Both the position numbers and the translations under genes were made by a program. From assembly GCF_964355755.1 (NCBI RefSeq), contig NC_092676.1, positions 14,898,871-14,962,870 of the forward strand: a DNA stretch of 64,000 nt, in the 5' to 3' direction. Below, in pieces: positions 1 through 11,423 of this stretch; the stretch's first letter is position 1; the number at the start of each line of letters is the position of its first letter. The notes under the pieces were generated by a model. It did not search any database. It worked only from the letters and a program-made list of their open reading frames with translations, and had not been told where the DNA came from. Source of the DNA: Antedon mediterranea (lineage: Eukaryota; Animalia; Echinodermata).

Positions 1-1566
1 ATGGATCCTCAAAGAGGAATGGATCCTCAAAGAGGAATGGATCCTCGTGGCATGGGGCCAAGGGTATCTGATCATCCTCATCCTCCACCAGATAATCGAT
101 CAATCCCTGTTGATCGACGAGGACCTGGCTATGATCAAGTTTTTGAAAGGGGTCCTGCTCCACCACGAGTACATGATCCAAGAGCCTCTCATGATTTTAC
201 ACGTCAATCAGGCTCGCAGCCGATGGCACCAGGCGTATGTACAGTTTTTTTTTTCAAGTTAATAATTTAACTTTTATTCAACAATAACAAAATATACTGT
301 ACATCCCAAATATCAAATATCAATAACTTTCAAATGGGCATGTTCTTTTGAAGCCTAAAGCTTTATTAAAACTTACTTATGTAAGTATTGGAAAACCATG
401 CTGTAAATTACTCAGGTCGGAGTGGGCAGATCAGCACCCAACAGCATGGTGAGATCCCTGGGGAGAAAAATTGATTTATTACTAAAATCATACAATTTCT
501 TAAAATAAGGTTGTGCTAATACCTTGTATACTTTCTGATAAGTCCCACTTTGGAATTTTTGCTATTTTCCCTTTGAAGACATGGCCTGTATCCCATACAA
601 GGGTAATTTACTGTCCCTGGACGCGAGGCCTGTATACAGGTTGACTTTTTGGTCACTGACTTGCACTTTTTGAGAATTTAACCTTTGACCTAGGTCCCCA
701 AAAAATGCAATTTTTCGAAAGGCCAAAACATTTCACATAACAATAAAACCAACAATTTACATAAAAATGTATTTTGCATTTTTCCTAAACCTATTAAAAA
801 TACTTTATTTAGCCTCAGCCACTTGGGGTAGGAACCTAGCGTCTTCACAGGGTTAACAAATTCATTAAAGGGTGGCTGCGTGTACAAAATTACTAAAATT
901 TAAAAAAATCAAAATTCAACACTATAATCTAGGTTTGTTTATTACACATAATAAATAGGGTGCTATACAAGGAGGTTTACATCATACAGTATCTCAGCAC
1001 ACTCTTCATCATGGACAATCGCCACTACAGGTTACTGGCCCTTCATTACCCTCAAGAGGTGCTCCAAACCCAACGGCTCAAGAACAAGAAAAGGTAATTG
1101 ATAAAAAATGTTTATTTTTTTCCTCTCACCAAACCACAACCAAGTGTCTATTTTTATATTTTATATAAAGTGGCCGTATTTCTAGAAAGATTTCCAGTGA
1201 ATTCAAGAGATGCATTACAAATTAAATTGATATGAATCTTTAACAATTTTTGTGAATATCTCAATCCAGTTAGTTAAAAATGAAGTTGAATGGTTCATGA
1301 ATATTTATGGAGTGAGAGCAGTTATTCTGTTTAGGCTATTGATTATGTACAGAATACAGAAGTTATTTATTTTCAATTCAATTTTATTAATTTAAATATT
1401 ATAATTATTCAATATTATTATTTTAACTTTCATTTCGTAGGCAGCCCTCATTATGCAAGTTTTACAACTTTCTAATGAGCAGATTAATATGTTGCCATCA
1501 GAACAAAGGCAAAGTATTATGGTGTTGAAAGAGCAGATAGCAAGAAGTCAAGGACAACTTCCATAA
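1..1566 (+). CDS. CSTF2: Cleavage stimulation factor subunit 2 (CstF-64), 3' part; exons <1-234, 959-1093, 1441-1566
   Basis: GT-AG exons in phase 0 give MDPQRG repeats ... AQEQEK|AALIMQVLQLSNEQINMLPSEQRQSIMVLKEQIARSQGQLP*, matching the conserved CstF-64 C-terminal domain. AATAAA occurs near 1907 and 1971. Confidence 0.93.
569..852. mobile_element. piggyBac-like MITE in CSTF2 intron
   Basis: Ends CCCTTTGAAGAC ... GTCTTCACAGGG are inverted. The right flank is TTAA; the left flank is degenerate (TTTT). Confidence 0.4.
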
Positions 1567-1623
1567 AGTTCACACCAATTGAAAAAGAAAGTGGAGTTTA
1601 TATCTTTAAAACCTATGGTTCTT

Positions 1624-1696
1624 CTGGATAGCTTAGCTACCTGGGTAGCTTAGCCACCTGGGTAGCTTAGCCACCTGGGTAGCTTAGCCACCTGGA
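1624..1696 (+). repeat. 17-bp tandem repeat (CTGGGTAGCTTAGCCAC), about 4.3 copies, in CSTF2 3' UTR
   Basis: Directly visible tandem units about 60 bp after the stop codon. Confidence 0.9.
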
Positions 1697-2354
1697 TGCC
1701 TAGTATGGTGTTCTTTTACCACGCTTACATATACTGCTCTAGAATCAATTATGGCCTCGTGGTTGTAATTTTTTGAAGTTACAATACTGTAATTAATAAG
1801 TGATTCTTTTGCTATTATATGATTTATGCTATGCCAAATGTTGTCAATAACAAGAAATTATTTCAACTAACTTAAACTTAGATTTGAACTTTAAAATTAA
1901 GGTTTAAATAAAAAATAGGATTAAATAATTGATATTATGCGACCCATGGAATTTTTTATTTAAACAAACAAATAAATTTCGTTTTTAGAGAGACATTACT
2001 TTTCCTACTTTATTAGTATCGATATGTTGCTGTATACTGCTACCCGTTTTTCTAAAAAGTTTCAACATATTAATAGTAATATATATAGAAAGAAAATGTG
2101 TCTGACAATGTATTTGGGTATCATTTCATTTCCAGAGAGCAACTCAACATTTTTTTGGTCTATTTCTAGGTTTTATAAATCACTTATTTGTCATATCTCA
2201 CCACACCCAGTGGTAGCGCTCCAACTCCCTCGTCGGGGAGCCTATCGTAGGTTAGGCACCTAGAGACCCGCGAAGTTTTATTTTGAACGTGACTACTTCG
2301 GAGGGCTATTTTAAACTTTATGAATGCATTATATTAAGGGACTACTACTGTATA

Positions 2355-2493
2355 AAGCTTGATTCTCTCAAGGACGCAACGCAAGCGAGTTGACCAATGA
2401 CAAGCCACAGTTCGAATAATCCATCGCTTGTGATTGGTCAAATGCCTTACGTTGCGTTACGTCATGTTATGTCTCTAGTAGGAACCACGCATA
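2355..2493. mobile_element. Short palindromic MITE (Harbinger-type), decayed
   Basis: Inverted GCAACGCAAG..TTGACCAATGACAAGC / GCTTGTGATTGGTCAA..TTACGTTGC arms. Confidence 0.55.
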
Positions 2494-2637
2494 AAGCAGT
2501 ATTTTGTTTCATTATAATATGTATGTGGAGAATTATAGAACAACTTTATGTAGAAAAAGTGCGTTATCCCAATACATTATATTACTATTGATAACCATAA
2601 TACTGTAATGTACATACAGTAACTAGCAAAACATATA

Positions 2638-2940
2638 GGTGGGCAGATTAGAGGCTATTTTTTGGTTGAGGTGGCAATGGAAGTACTACCGGCTAATTTT
2701 TATATTTTTGCAAAATATAGGTCTAGGGAAGGTCACAACTCAAAATTACCCAGAATCCCCTTGGGGGAACATGCCCAAATCGCACAATCAAAATGGCCGC
2801 CATTTTTTACATTAAAATAATTGTGGTTTTTGGAGAATTTAACTAATAAGATAATAAGATAAATATAAAAATTAGCCGGTAGTACTTCCATTGCCACCTC
2901 ATCCTTTTCTAGAGGACTTTTTGGCCATAATCTGCCCAGC
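2638..2940. mobile_element. MITE with inverted arms of about 70 bp
   Basis: GAGGTGGCAATGGAAGTACTACCGGCTAATTTTTATATTT (about 2668-2707) is the reverse complement of about 2861-2900. Outer TGGGCAGATTA / TAATCTGCCCA also pair. Confidence 0.75.
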
Positions 2941-3040
2941 TAATAAGATATACCTATTTTTTTGTATTAAATTGATTACAGACTCGATAAGCGGTTAAAA
3001 AAATATGAACTACATTTAGTGAAAAATTACTATACTTTAT

Positions 3041-3157
3041 TGTGCTTTATAGCTACGTATCTATGCCACCATGAGGAGTGCTTAAGACCTATCTAATGTG
3101 CTTTATAGCTACGTATCTATGCCACCATGAGGAGTGCGTAAGACCTAACTAATGTGG
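3041..3157 (+). repeat. 56-bp tandem duplication
   Basis: TGTGCTTTATAGCTACGTATCTATGCCACCATGAGGAGTGC.. starts at both 3041 and 3097. Confidence 0.9.
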
Positions 3158-4551
3158 AAACAGATTGGTGTGGTACGAAAATGTAACCGTTACCAAAATA
3201 AAAAAGAATAGTATATCCCTGTTGCATTTTAATTGTTTATGGTTATAATTTTTTTTTAATATAAATGTATAAACAAACAGAAAATTTCCCCAAAATACAA
3301 TGCGTAAATTTTGTATAATTGCGTTGAACAATGATTCGTAAGTTACAGTAGCTGAGTATTGTAGCGCCCAAGACGTATAGGCCTAAAACAATATAAGAAT
3401 CAGTAATAGTAGTACAATAATTTAATAATATGCGTATGACTTGAAAAAGCTTTTTTTAAATAAATTATAGACTATTATGAACTTGTATAACCCCACCGCC
3501 TAATTTCAGCTACATTTCAGATTGTCAAACTAAAACAAAATAAATTGTTAATAACATACAAGGAATAATGCTGCACCTAAGTTTGACTAAATGATATGGT
3601 GAAGTCCTATTGAATTACATTAGGCCAAATTCTTAAAATGTACAAATATTTCACATTATCATAAGTAATAAAACTGTTCCCTCCATACATCTTTATTTAT
3701 CATATTGCTTCATAACAACAATATAATTTATATATCTCTGTTAACATGCATATGTTTATTTAAAAACGAAAATTGATGTGAATTACAGCCCAATCCATTA
3801 ACTTGTTTACATAATTATTCTACATACATAGCAAACGAAAATTTTCATTGACAATTTAAAAAAAAACCCAAAATATTTATTGCCATAATTAAATTTACAG
3901 AGGCTTTCCTTATGTCTATCAAATGATCCATACTGTTAATATTTGTTTATGTATTCTATTCAGGGAATAATGTCGCCAGTGTAGCATAGCAAAAAGCTAT
4001 ACAAAACAACCTTCTTGCTACACATTTCTACAATTGTGTAGCAAAATATGCAATAGAAAACTATGTTTCTCGACTCAAAAATCAGTTTTATCAGCAATAT
4101 TGCTAAACAAAGTATCACCAGTATCAAAATGAAAAGCACTGGTGCCACCATTAAGTTGTAGATATTAATTCATGTACAAAATTGGCGTAAACATTATGGT
4201 TATTCTTCATCATCATCACATTCAACAGAGCGCATCTCGGTTATCTGTGATTTTCGCGCAAATTTTACATGTGCTAATGTGTTTATAACTTATTATGAAA
4301 GCTGCTGAAATGTAGACATGAATTCATGTAAAAATTGTGCCTATCGGATCTTGTGACGTTATATGGCCAGCTGAATTTTAAAAGTAGTGTTTTCATCTCT
4401 TTTGTCAAAGTTATACAGAAATTAATGAAAGAGCGGGCACCTCGCTTCTGCGTAATTGCAGGCCTATATCTTTTTGCTTAAATCATATCGAAAGTCTCAT
4501 CTTCTTTTGTGTAGCATAGGTTAAATTACGAGACCCAAATAATATGTTCAA

Positions 4552-4670
4552 ATGTTGCCCGAAAGAATTTCTAGCTGTTTTACTTTATCGTTGTGATTTG
4601 CTAATTATATTTTGTATCTCTGCATGTTAAGATACCCACAGCAGTGCCATTTTTCTGAATTGTCTTTATT
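4552..4670 (+). mobile_element. Penelope 3' terminal (pLTR) remnant
   Basis: GTTGCCCGAAAG..GCTGTTTTACTTTATCGTT..GATACCCACAGCA resembles 56043-56185. Confidence 0.7.
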
Positions 4671-4728
4671 TACAGTATACTGTTTGATTCTATATGGCAT
4701 AATATGCACAACTCAGCACATAACCGTA

Positions 4729-5158
4729 TATGCATCAGGTCATAGGATGGCATGCATCAGGTCATAGGATGTCATGCATCAGGTCATAGGAGGGCATGCA
4801 TCAGGTCATAAGAGGGCATGCATCAGGTCATAGGATGACATGCATCAGTTCATAGGAGGGCATGCATCAGGTCATAGGATGGCATGCATCAGGTCATAGG
4901 ATGGCATGCATCAGGTCATAGGATGGCATGCATCAGGTCATAGGATGGCATGCATCGGGTCATAGGATGGCATGCATCAGGTCATATGATGGCATGCATC
5001 GGGTCATATGATGGCATGCATCGGGTCATAGGATGGCATGCATCAGGTCACAGGATGGCATGCATCAGGTCATAGGATGGCATGCATCAGGTTACAGGAT
5101 GGCATGCATCAGGTCATAGGATGGCATGCATTTTTAGGTCATAGGATAACATGCATCA
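4729..5158. repeat. 22-bp minisatellite (GCATGCATCAGGTCATAGGATG), about 19 copies
   Basis: Directly visible tandem array ending about 110 bp beyond the stop codon of tetraspanin A. Confidence 0.95.
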
Positions 5159-5268
5159 ACGTTGTGCGATCGTATTATAACGTACGTGCAGTTTATGATT
5201 ATGACTCAATTAGTGCATGACTATTATGTGTTCCGAGGAAGCTCACTATATACTAAACTATAATTCCT

Positions 5269-8200
5269 TTATACGGAATCAGTTTTAAACTTGTGTTTAT
5301 CATCATCTTCTATTTCAACCATTTCATATACACAGCATGAGCAGCACCAGTGAACAGCCTTGTTTGTAAATAACATGTAGTACAAACACAATATAAACAA
5401 CACAAGAACAACCTACAGGAAAAACAATAAATTAATTCAAAATACAAACTTTTATGATAAAAAGTAGATCAAAACATTTTCAATATCAAGTAGGGAGAGT
5501 TGATTCGTATTAATACTATACAATACACCTATAAAATGAGCATGGAAAATTCCCAAATAAATATTTACTGAAATATATAATTCAACAAACCAATATTATT
5601 TTAATCTGAAATATTTTGTTTTGATTTATTTTTTAATACATTTAAACAAATGAGTTGTAAATGAATCAAAAAGTTAATGAAAAATGTGTTTAGTGGGTGT
5701 ACACAGTGGAAAAGACAACGAACGTAATTTATTTAAAATACAGATTCACAGTGAAACATACCTGGACTAAAAGACATATCAAGGTGATCGTCGCTAGCGA
5801 ACGTAAATTCTTGTGAAGATCATCTAGAATCACATCCTCGCAACCCTGTTAAAAAAAAAAATTATATAATTAATAACAATATTGCAACAATTATTAGGTA
5901 AAACGTGGTCAAGAATTCTAAAACTTAAACGAAAATAGAGTTGATTACACTATCTGACCTTTCCACACCAGTTATCCAGGGAGGACCCGGTATTCTCGCT
6001 GTTTCTTTTGTCTTTACTAAAAGCTCTCTCTACACTATCAAACTTTATGTGACAAAATAATGTGATGTGCCAATATATGGACACGATGACGTCATATCAC
6101 TACCTTATTTGGGCAGATCGCAATGTTTGGTGAAACTCCGTTGATATTGTATCCAGAGCCTAAGACTCTATCGCACCAAAAGTGAGTGCATCACAAAAAC
6201 AAAATCATTAATTCGCGCGCGATGCATGCTGATGTTTATAGTAGCGGATCGCTTGAATTATTAGAATCGCCCTTTTTCACATTTTCAACCGTTTGAAGAC
6301 AAACAATTATCGCAATATGCCCATTTACTTTTTTTTTTTTACATAAAATGCAGTGTGGGGAATACAAATCACGACACGATAATAATAATTCTATACATTT
6401 ACGTAAGGGCAAATCAGTAAATCGCGCTTCTAGAGTATTTACTCACTGTTTTAGAATGTGGGTAAGGCTTTTTACCGCCAAATGAAAAAAAAAATACTTA
6501 TTTAGTTTTAATTTAATTGACGATTAAACGAATTTAACTATTTGCCCTAAATATGGGTGTGATGCTATGGCTTTGTATCAATCTGAGATCAACAAACGTA
6601 CCTCTGTTGTTGTCGATAGGACACGGACCACCCTAGATTTGCCTGTCTGTATTTAATGTCTTTTTTATGTTAGTCCAAACCAAGGAAATTTTGGTTCAAC
6701 AGCAGTCGACGTTTAGTTTCGATGTTTGTCTGTAAAATTCAATGCGCTGACGTAGTATACGTATGGAACGCGTTAAACCAACGTCTCGAGCTAGCTGCGC
6801 ATGAATCTGAATATCCTAGAACATGACTGCGGTTTGAGTTCGATTAGGCCCGGGGATTGGCTGTAACTTAGATGTAGCCAATCACCATACACTACAATAA
6901 TCATAAGATCACTAAGAATAAGACAGATCATCCTCTTGTGTAAGTCGCCAGACATGATAATAACTATAGATTTTTGGCACATGCGTCTGCTTTAGTATTT
7001 GAACACACGTTAATTTTTTAACATTAATATTATCTATAAATAAATTTACGTAAGGGCAAAATTCGGTAAATTGCGCGTAATTTCTGGAATTTTTACACGA
7101 TGGTATATAAAGTTTGTATATACTGTCGATACTGATTGTTAACACCTAACCATAACACTAATTAGGTTGAGTTTGATAATTAGTTATTGACAATTAAACT
7201 CTAGGTAAAATGTAGGTTCAACGATTTGTCTAATGGATAATTACAAAAAAATATAAACGTCGTAGTGATGTATCGTTACATGTACTTTACTATTTCAATC
7301 GACTATGATAGTTTTAACAAAGTATTACATCGCAGATGTTTTATTGTATTTAGTGCCATATTTATTATTATTTATAGGCCTATAAATCATGAACAAGAGT
7401 GGATAAAGAATTTATTTAAAAATTGTTCATCTTTGTACTCATCCTCACCCCCATCTCTCAATCCTAATGTTACATACAAAACACAAATTGGGTTCATTTT
7501 GTGACAAATTTCTCTTTCGGAAGTAATTTCTATGGTGCTAATTTTAGTTGACTACATAAATCATCGTGTCTATTTATTCGTTTCTGTAAACGACAATGTA
7601 TTATAGTCTTGTTGCGATACGAACATTTGAAATCGCCAGTTTTTTTTTTTAATTACTGTGGGACTATTCAAGAACCATCTGTGGGCACCACCTAGATGGG
7701 ACGCGAGCGAATGTTTGATTTTACCTTAGAGTGTTTTGTATACTCTTCTTTCAGCCCACAATCCTGTTGCACTATTTCACAGCATGAATCAGGCATTTCG
7801 TTTTGTAAGAACGATCGCTTTCCATACAATGGATTAAACCAGTCACTGGCAGTTCGAACTCCACAACAACTTTCCTACAAAAATAATTATGCTAAAAAAT
7901 ATAAACACAAATTGACTAGCGATCCTAGGACGAACAGAACAGATTCAAGTGTAATACAAGTCACCATGGCTTAAGTGAAACCGGTGACCGAAGCAAAAAT
8001 CATGATTATATTACGTGTTTGTACATTGTATTTTTGTTGTAACTTGCCCAAGGATGGGGGTTGTTTGTCATCATATACTGTATGGTATAGGATGGGTTTT
8101 ACTTGTATGTAACAATGCAGGAACCTAGAGCGTTTTCTTTGTTTTGCTTATTAATTTCGATGTACTGTATAAAATGTAACGTAGCTATCGCACTATAATT

Positions 8201-9135
8201 ATTCACTAATAAAATAAAATAACATGGGGAAATAAGTATGGATATTCTCATTTTTAAAACAACATAATATTATGTTGTTTTAATATTTGTAATTTTTTGA
8301 AAAATAAAGCACAAACCTCTCGTTGAACTTTATCCCATGCTTCTTTTAGGCTTTGGTCAGTACCATAGTTGCGCATATCCCTTAACATTTCCTGGTTTAT
8401 GTAATCGTCAATTCTGTCGCGTAGCACTCCGTTTGCAACGTAGCCAAGTATAATAACAGAAACTTCCAAGCAGATTACAATAACAACAAGAAAGTAGAAC
8501 TGAAAGATAATATATAGAAATATAATAATAAGACTAAGACATTTTTATTTATCTTAAACCAAACGAACCAAATAATTGGAGATAACTTGTGGACAAACTT
8601 TTATCATTTAATTTGAATAGATTATTATGATTGTCGTTGCAAACGCAATCCGACTATAAAAACGCAACCAAACCCTAGATTAGGCTCGTGACAAAGTTTT
8701 AAGATGAATGTTATAAGACGTTACAACAAGAGAAGAAGAAACGAACATGTGCCTACTTACAGTTAAAACACAACATTTCGTATCTCGCAAACAGCAGCAA
8801 CCAATAACCGCAGATACGAAAATAACGATTCCAATAAAAATGAGAAGGTATGCTGTGTTAAGATAGGCAACACCAGGTAAAAGCTCGGCGTATGTACCAC
8901 TGGCCGCTATTACGATTCCAGTGATGAACAAAATGATGCCAGTAATCTACATTACAAAATCATCAATGAGGAAAAATCATATTTTGCTATGTGAATTAAG
9001 AAAGTAATATTTTAATAAAATGAAGAAAAAACAAATATTACTGTTTTAAACAATTTTAAAATTTCAACCTACAAAATAGAAAATTGTTAGCAATACTACT
9101 GCACATTTCACTGCTTTTAACGACCAGCAACACAT
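5269..9135 (-). CDS. Tetraspanin A (about 269 aa); exons 9135-9073, 8946-8761, 8499-8317, 7874-7725, 5845-5762, 5412-5269
   Basis: Six phase-0 GT-AG exons give MCCWSLKAVKCAVVLLTIFYF, four TM segments, and an EC2 with WDKVQRE-ESCCG, PDSCC, a further C and GC. The tail is HWCCSCCVYEMV...TDSV*. Confidence 0.9.
6022..6140 (+). mobile_element. Harbinger-type MITE, partial (family also at 13520-13656)
   Basis: AGCTCTCTCTACACTATCAAACTTTATGTGACAAAA..TGTGATGTGCC..ATATGGAC is shared with the palindromic copy at 13520-13656. Confidence 0.6.
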
Positions 9136-10657
9136 TGTGGCGTTCAGAAATAATAAATCTGAAATTAAAAGTCAAATTGATAATTAAGTATTGCAAAACA
9201 ACGCGCATCTCAATGACAATAAACGCTTGTATTTTTCTACCATATCAATCTTTTCTAATACTTTAATTTTGTTATATTAAACACAAGTTTGTATTATTTT
9301 CCGTTCACCAATGATGATTAACAAAAGTTGCTAGAGTGTGACGACCGGATTTCAAATTATATGGACACATCTCTATCAATCAATCTGACGTATCATCATA
9401 ATAAACATATAACATTAAGATGGAGAACGTACAGTAAAGGAGAAAGCTGTAGTTTATTTCGACAGATCGTCAGTAGGCCTACAGTACACAGTGAGCAGAC
9501 GTCATTACACAGACAGTGAGCAGACGTACGTGTTTAAACACAATGTTTTCGTTAACACAATTAGACATTAAGTAAATACTTTAAATTGTCCATGTTTCCG
9601 AAATATTTTCGGATCATCATTCACATTATTGAACTAATGCTGATCAAAATAATCCTATTTAGTTTAAATGCTGTAATAGTGTACAATACTGTTTTATTCT
9701 GACTTACCATAAATAGACCACTGGAAATAAAATAGGGTAATAAAATATATAGGCCTACCAGGGAGTTGATACGATTCTGGTTGACAAACACTGGTGCACT
9801 GTTTGTCTATGCGTCAAGTATTTTCAATCATAGTTTTACTCGCTACGCTCTGATACACCTTTTTATATCTTTTATAATAGAAGAATGTGGGAGTGCAAAT
9901 ATAACAATGAATTTTAAGTATACCGTCATAGGTTACTTTTGTCAAGCCACAGCATAATTTTAAAGCAGAAACGACGGAACCAAATTGAAAGTTACAATAG
10001 TATAGTATTATAATATAAAGTGTAATCGGGCCGTTTTATTAAGTGGGTGTTCAAAAACAACCTTGGGTAATAACGTAATTTCAGTACTGTATTGAAAACC
10101 TATAATATCTCCCCACACGATGTCAAGGTTAAGATGTATGCATGTTAAGCTTGGAATAAATGACATATCTTACTTTATACATTTAGTAGTTGTTTTATTT
10201 TACCGTTGCGCTAACAATTACTAAACAACTTTAATCCTATTCTACGGTTATGTCTTAGTTTCATATGGAATATATAGGGAGTGGGGGGGGGGGGGGGGGT
10301 GTGTTCCTCAGAAAAAAAAATGGTCTATACTTAATTCAAATAGGATTGAAAGCATGACATTTGGTATAGCAATTGATGCTATTTAAAATGTGACCTTTGA
10401 CCTCGTATACTGTACATTATAGGATAAATCTAGCGTTTCTGTACTTTCATCTGTTTGGAGATAATAAAGTTTTTCTTATGTATTATGTCATCCTAGAAAC
10501 ACAAAATATAGGGCCCTAGCAAAATGATGCAGTACTACTTTCTATGTGAAACATACACATTTAATTTAATACTATAAGAGTTATTTAGAAATTATTAGAA
10601 AAATCATGACACTGACAGGATTTGAAGCCAAGCATAGATCAAAATCATAGCCAAGCA

Positions 10658-10736
10658 TCATAACTACCAAGCCACAACTCCACTCATAACCACCAAGCCA
10701 CAACTCCACTCATAACCACCAAGCCACAACTCCACT
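10658..10736 (+). repeat. 26-bp tandem repeat x3 (CATAACCACCAAGCCACAACTCCACT)
   Basis: Directly visible. Confidence 0.85.
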
Positions 10737-11351
10737 GAAGGGAAATAATAATTAACGAAATATGAGGTTTTTCGTGAATTACTGTGGGTTTTACACTTCT
10801 ACTGAATTCTAACAATCACAAGGAAAAAGATTCTGATATGTAAATTGAGGTCAATTAAAGGTCACAATACAAATGGTACCAATAGAAAGGCTATTTCAGG
10901 GAAATGATAGAATTTAATTTGTTTTTTTTAGCGGACAGAAAGAAAAGACTCGAAACCAATATTATTTGTTTAAAAAAATGACACATTTAATTTAAAAAAA
11001 CTACTGTCACATTTGAAAGGAATAGTCTAAGAAGGAGGCTTGGTTAGCTAGGTAGCTTGGACTGGTAGTCTTAAATCTTTTTTAATCTATGCTATTCTAA
11101 AATAATTCAAAAATAAAAATAATATATTTGACTAAATTACAGTACAGTACATACATTTAAAAACAATACTAAAAACCACTTTCTGTAGTACATTATCTGC
11201 AGGTCATTTTGCTTGCATGACTGCACAAACTATCAGCCAATCAGAAAGTCATATTTTACATTGCTGGGAAGAACTTTTTTAACAAAATTATGTTTGATAT
11301 GGTACATCTATAAAAAAAAACTATTAGGTATATTGACTTGAAACTTTCTAT

Positions 11352-11423
11352 ATGTTGTGTCAGAGTACTGCTAATTTTTCCGGCTGTTTTACTTTATCGT
11401 TTTGATTTAGCTTTTTGCTTATT
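11352..11423 (+). mobile_element. Penelope pLTR remnant, left half (continues at 14392-14462)
   Basis: GGCTGTTTTTACTTTATCGTTTTGATTTAGCTTTT matches 56072-56105. The following sequence (CATTGAGAT..CCACTGATACCCACAGCATTGTCA..TTTGCCTTTGGATTT) resumes after the insertion, at 14392. Confidence 0.8.

Noticed and set aside
3960-4151. Hydrophobic 63-aa ORF as a possible extra tetraspanin exon
   Set aside because: Tetraspanin A already terminates at 5269, and there is no convincing splice context or family motif.
5038-5220. 60-aa ORF in the 22-bp minisatellite
   Set aside because: The unit length is not a multiple of 3, so this is a chance reading frame.
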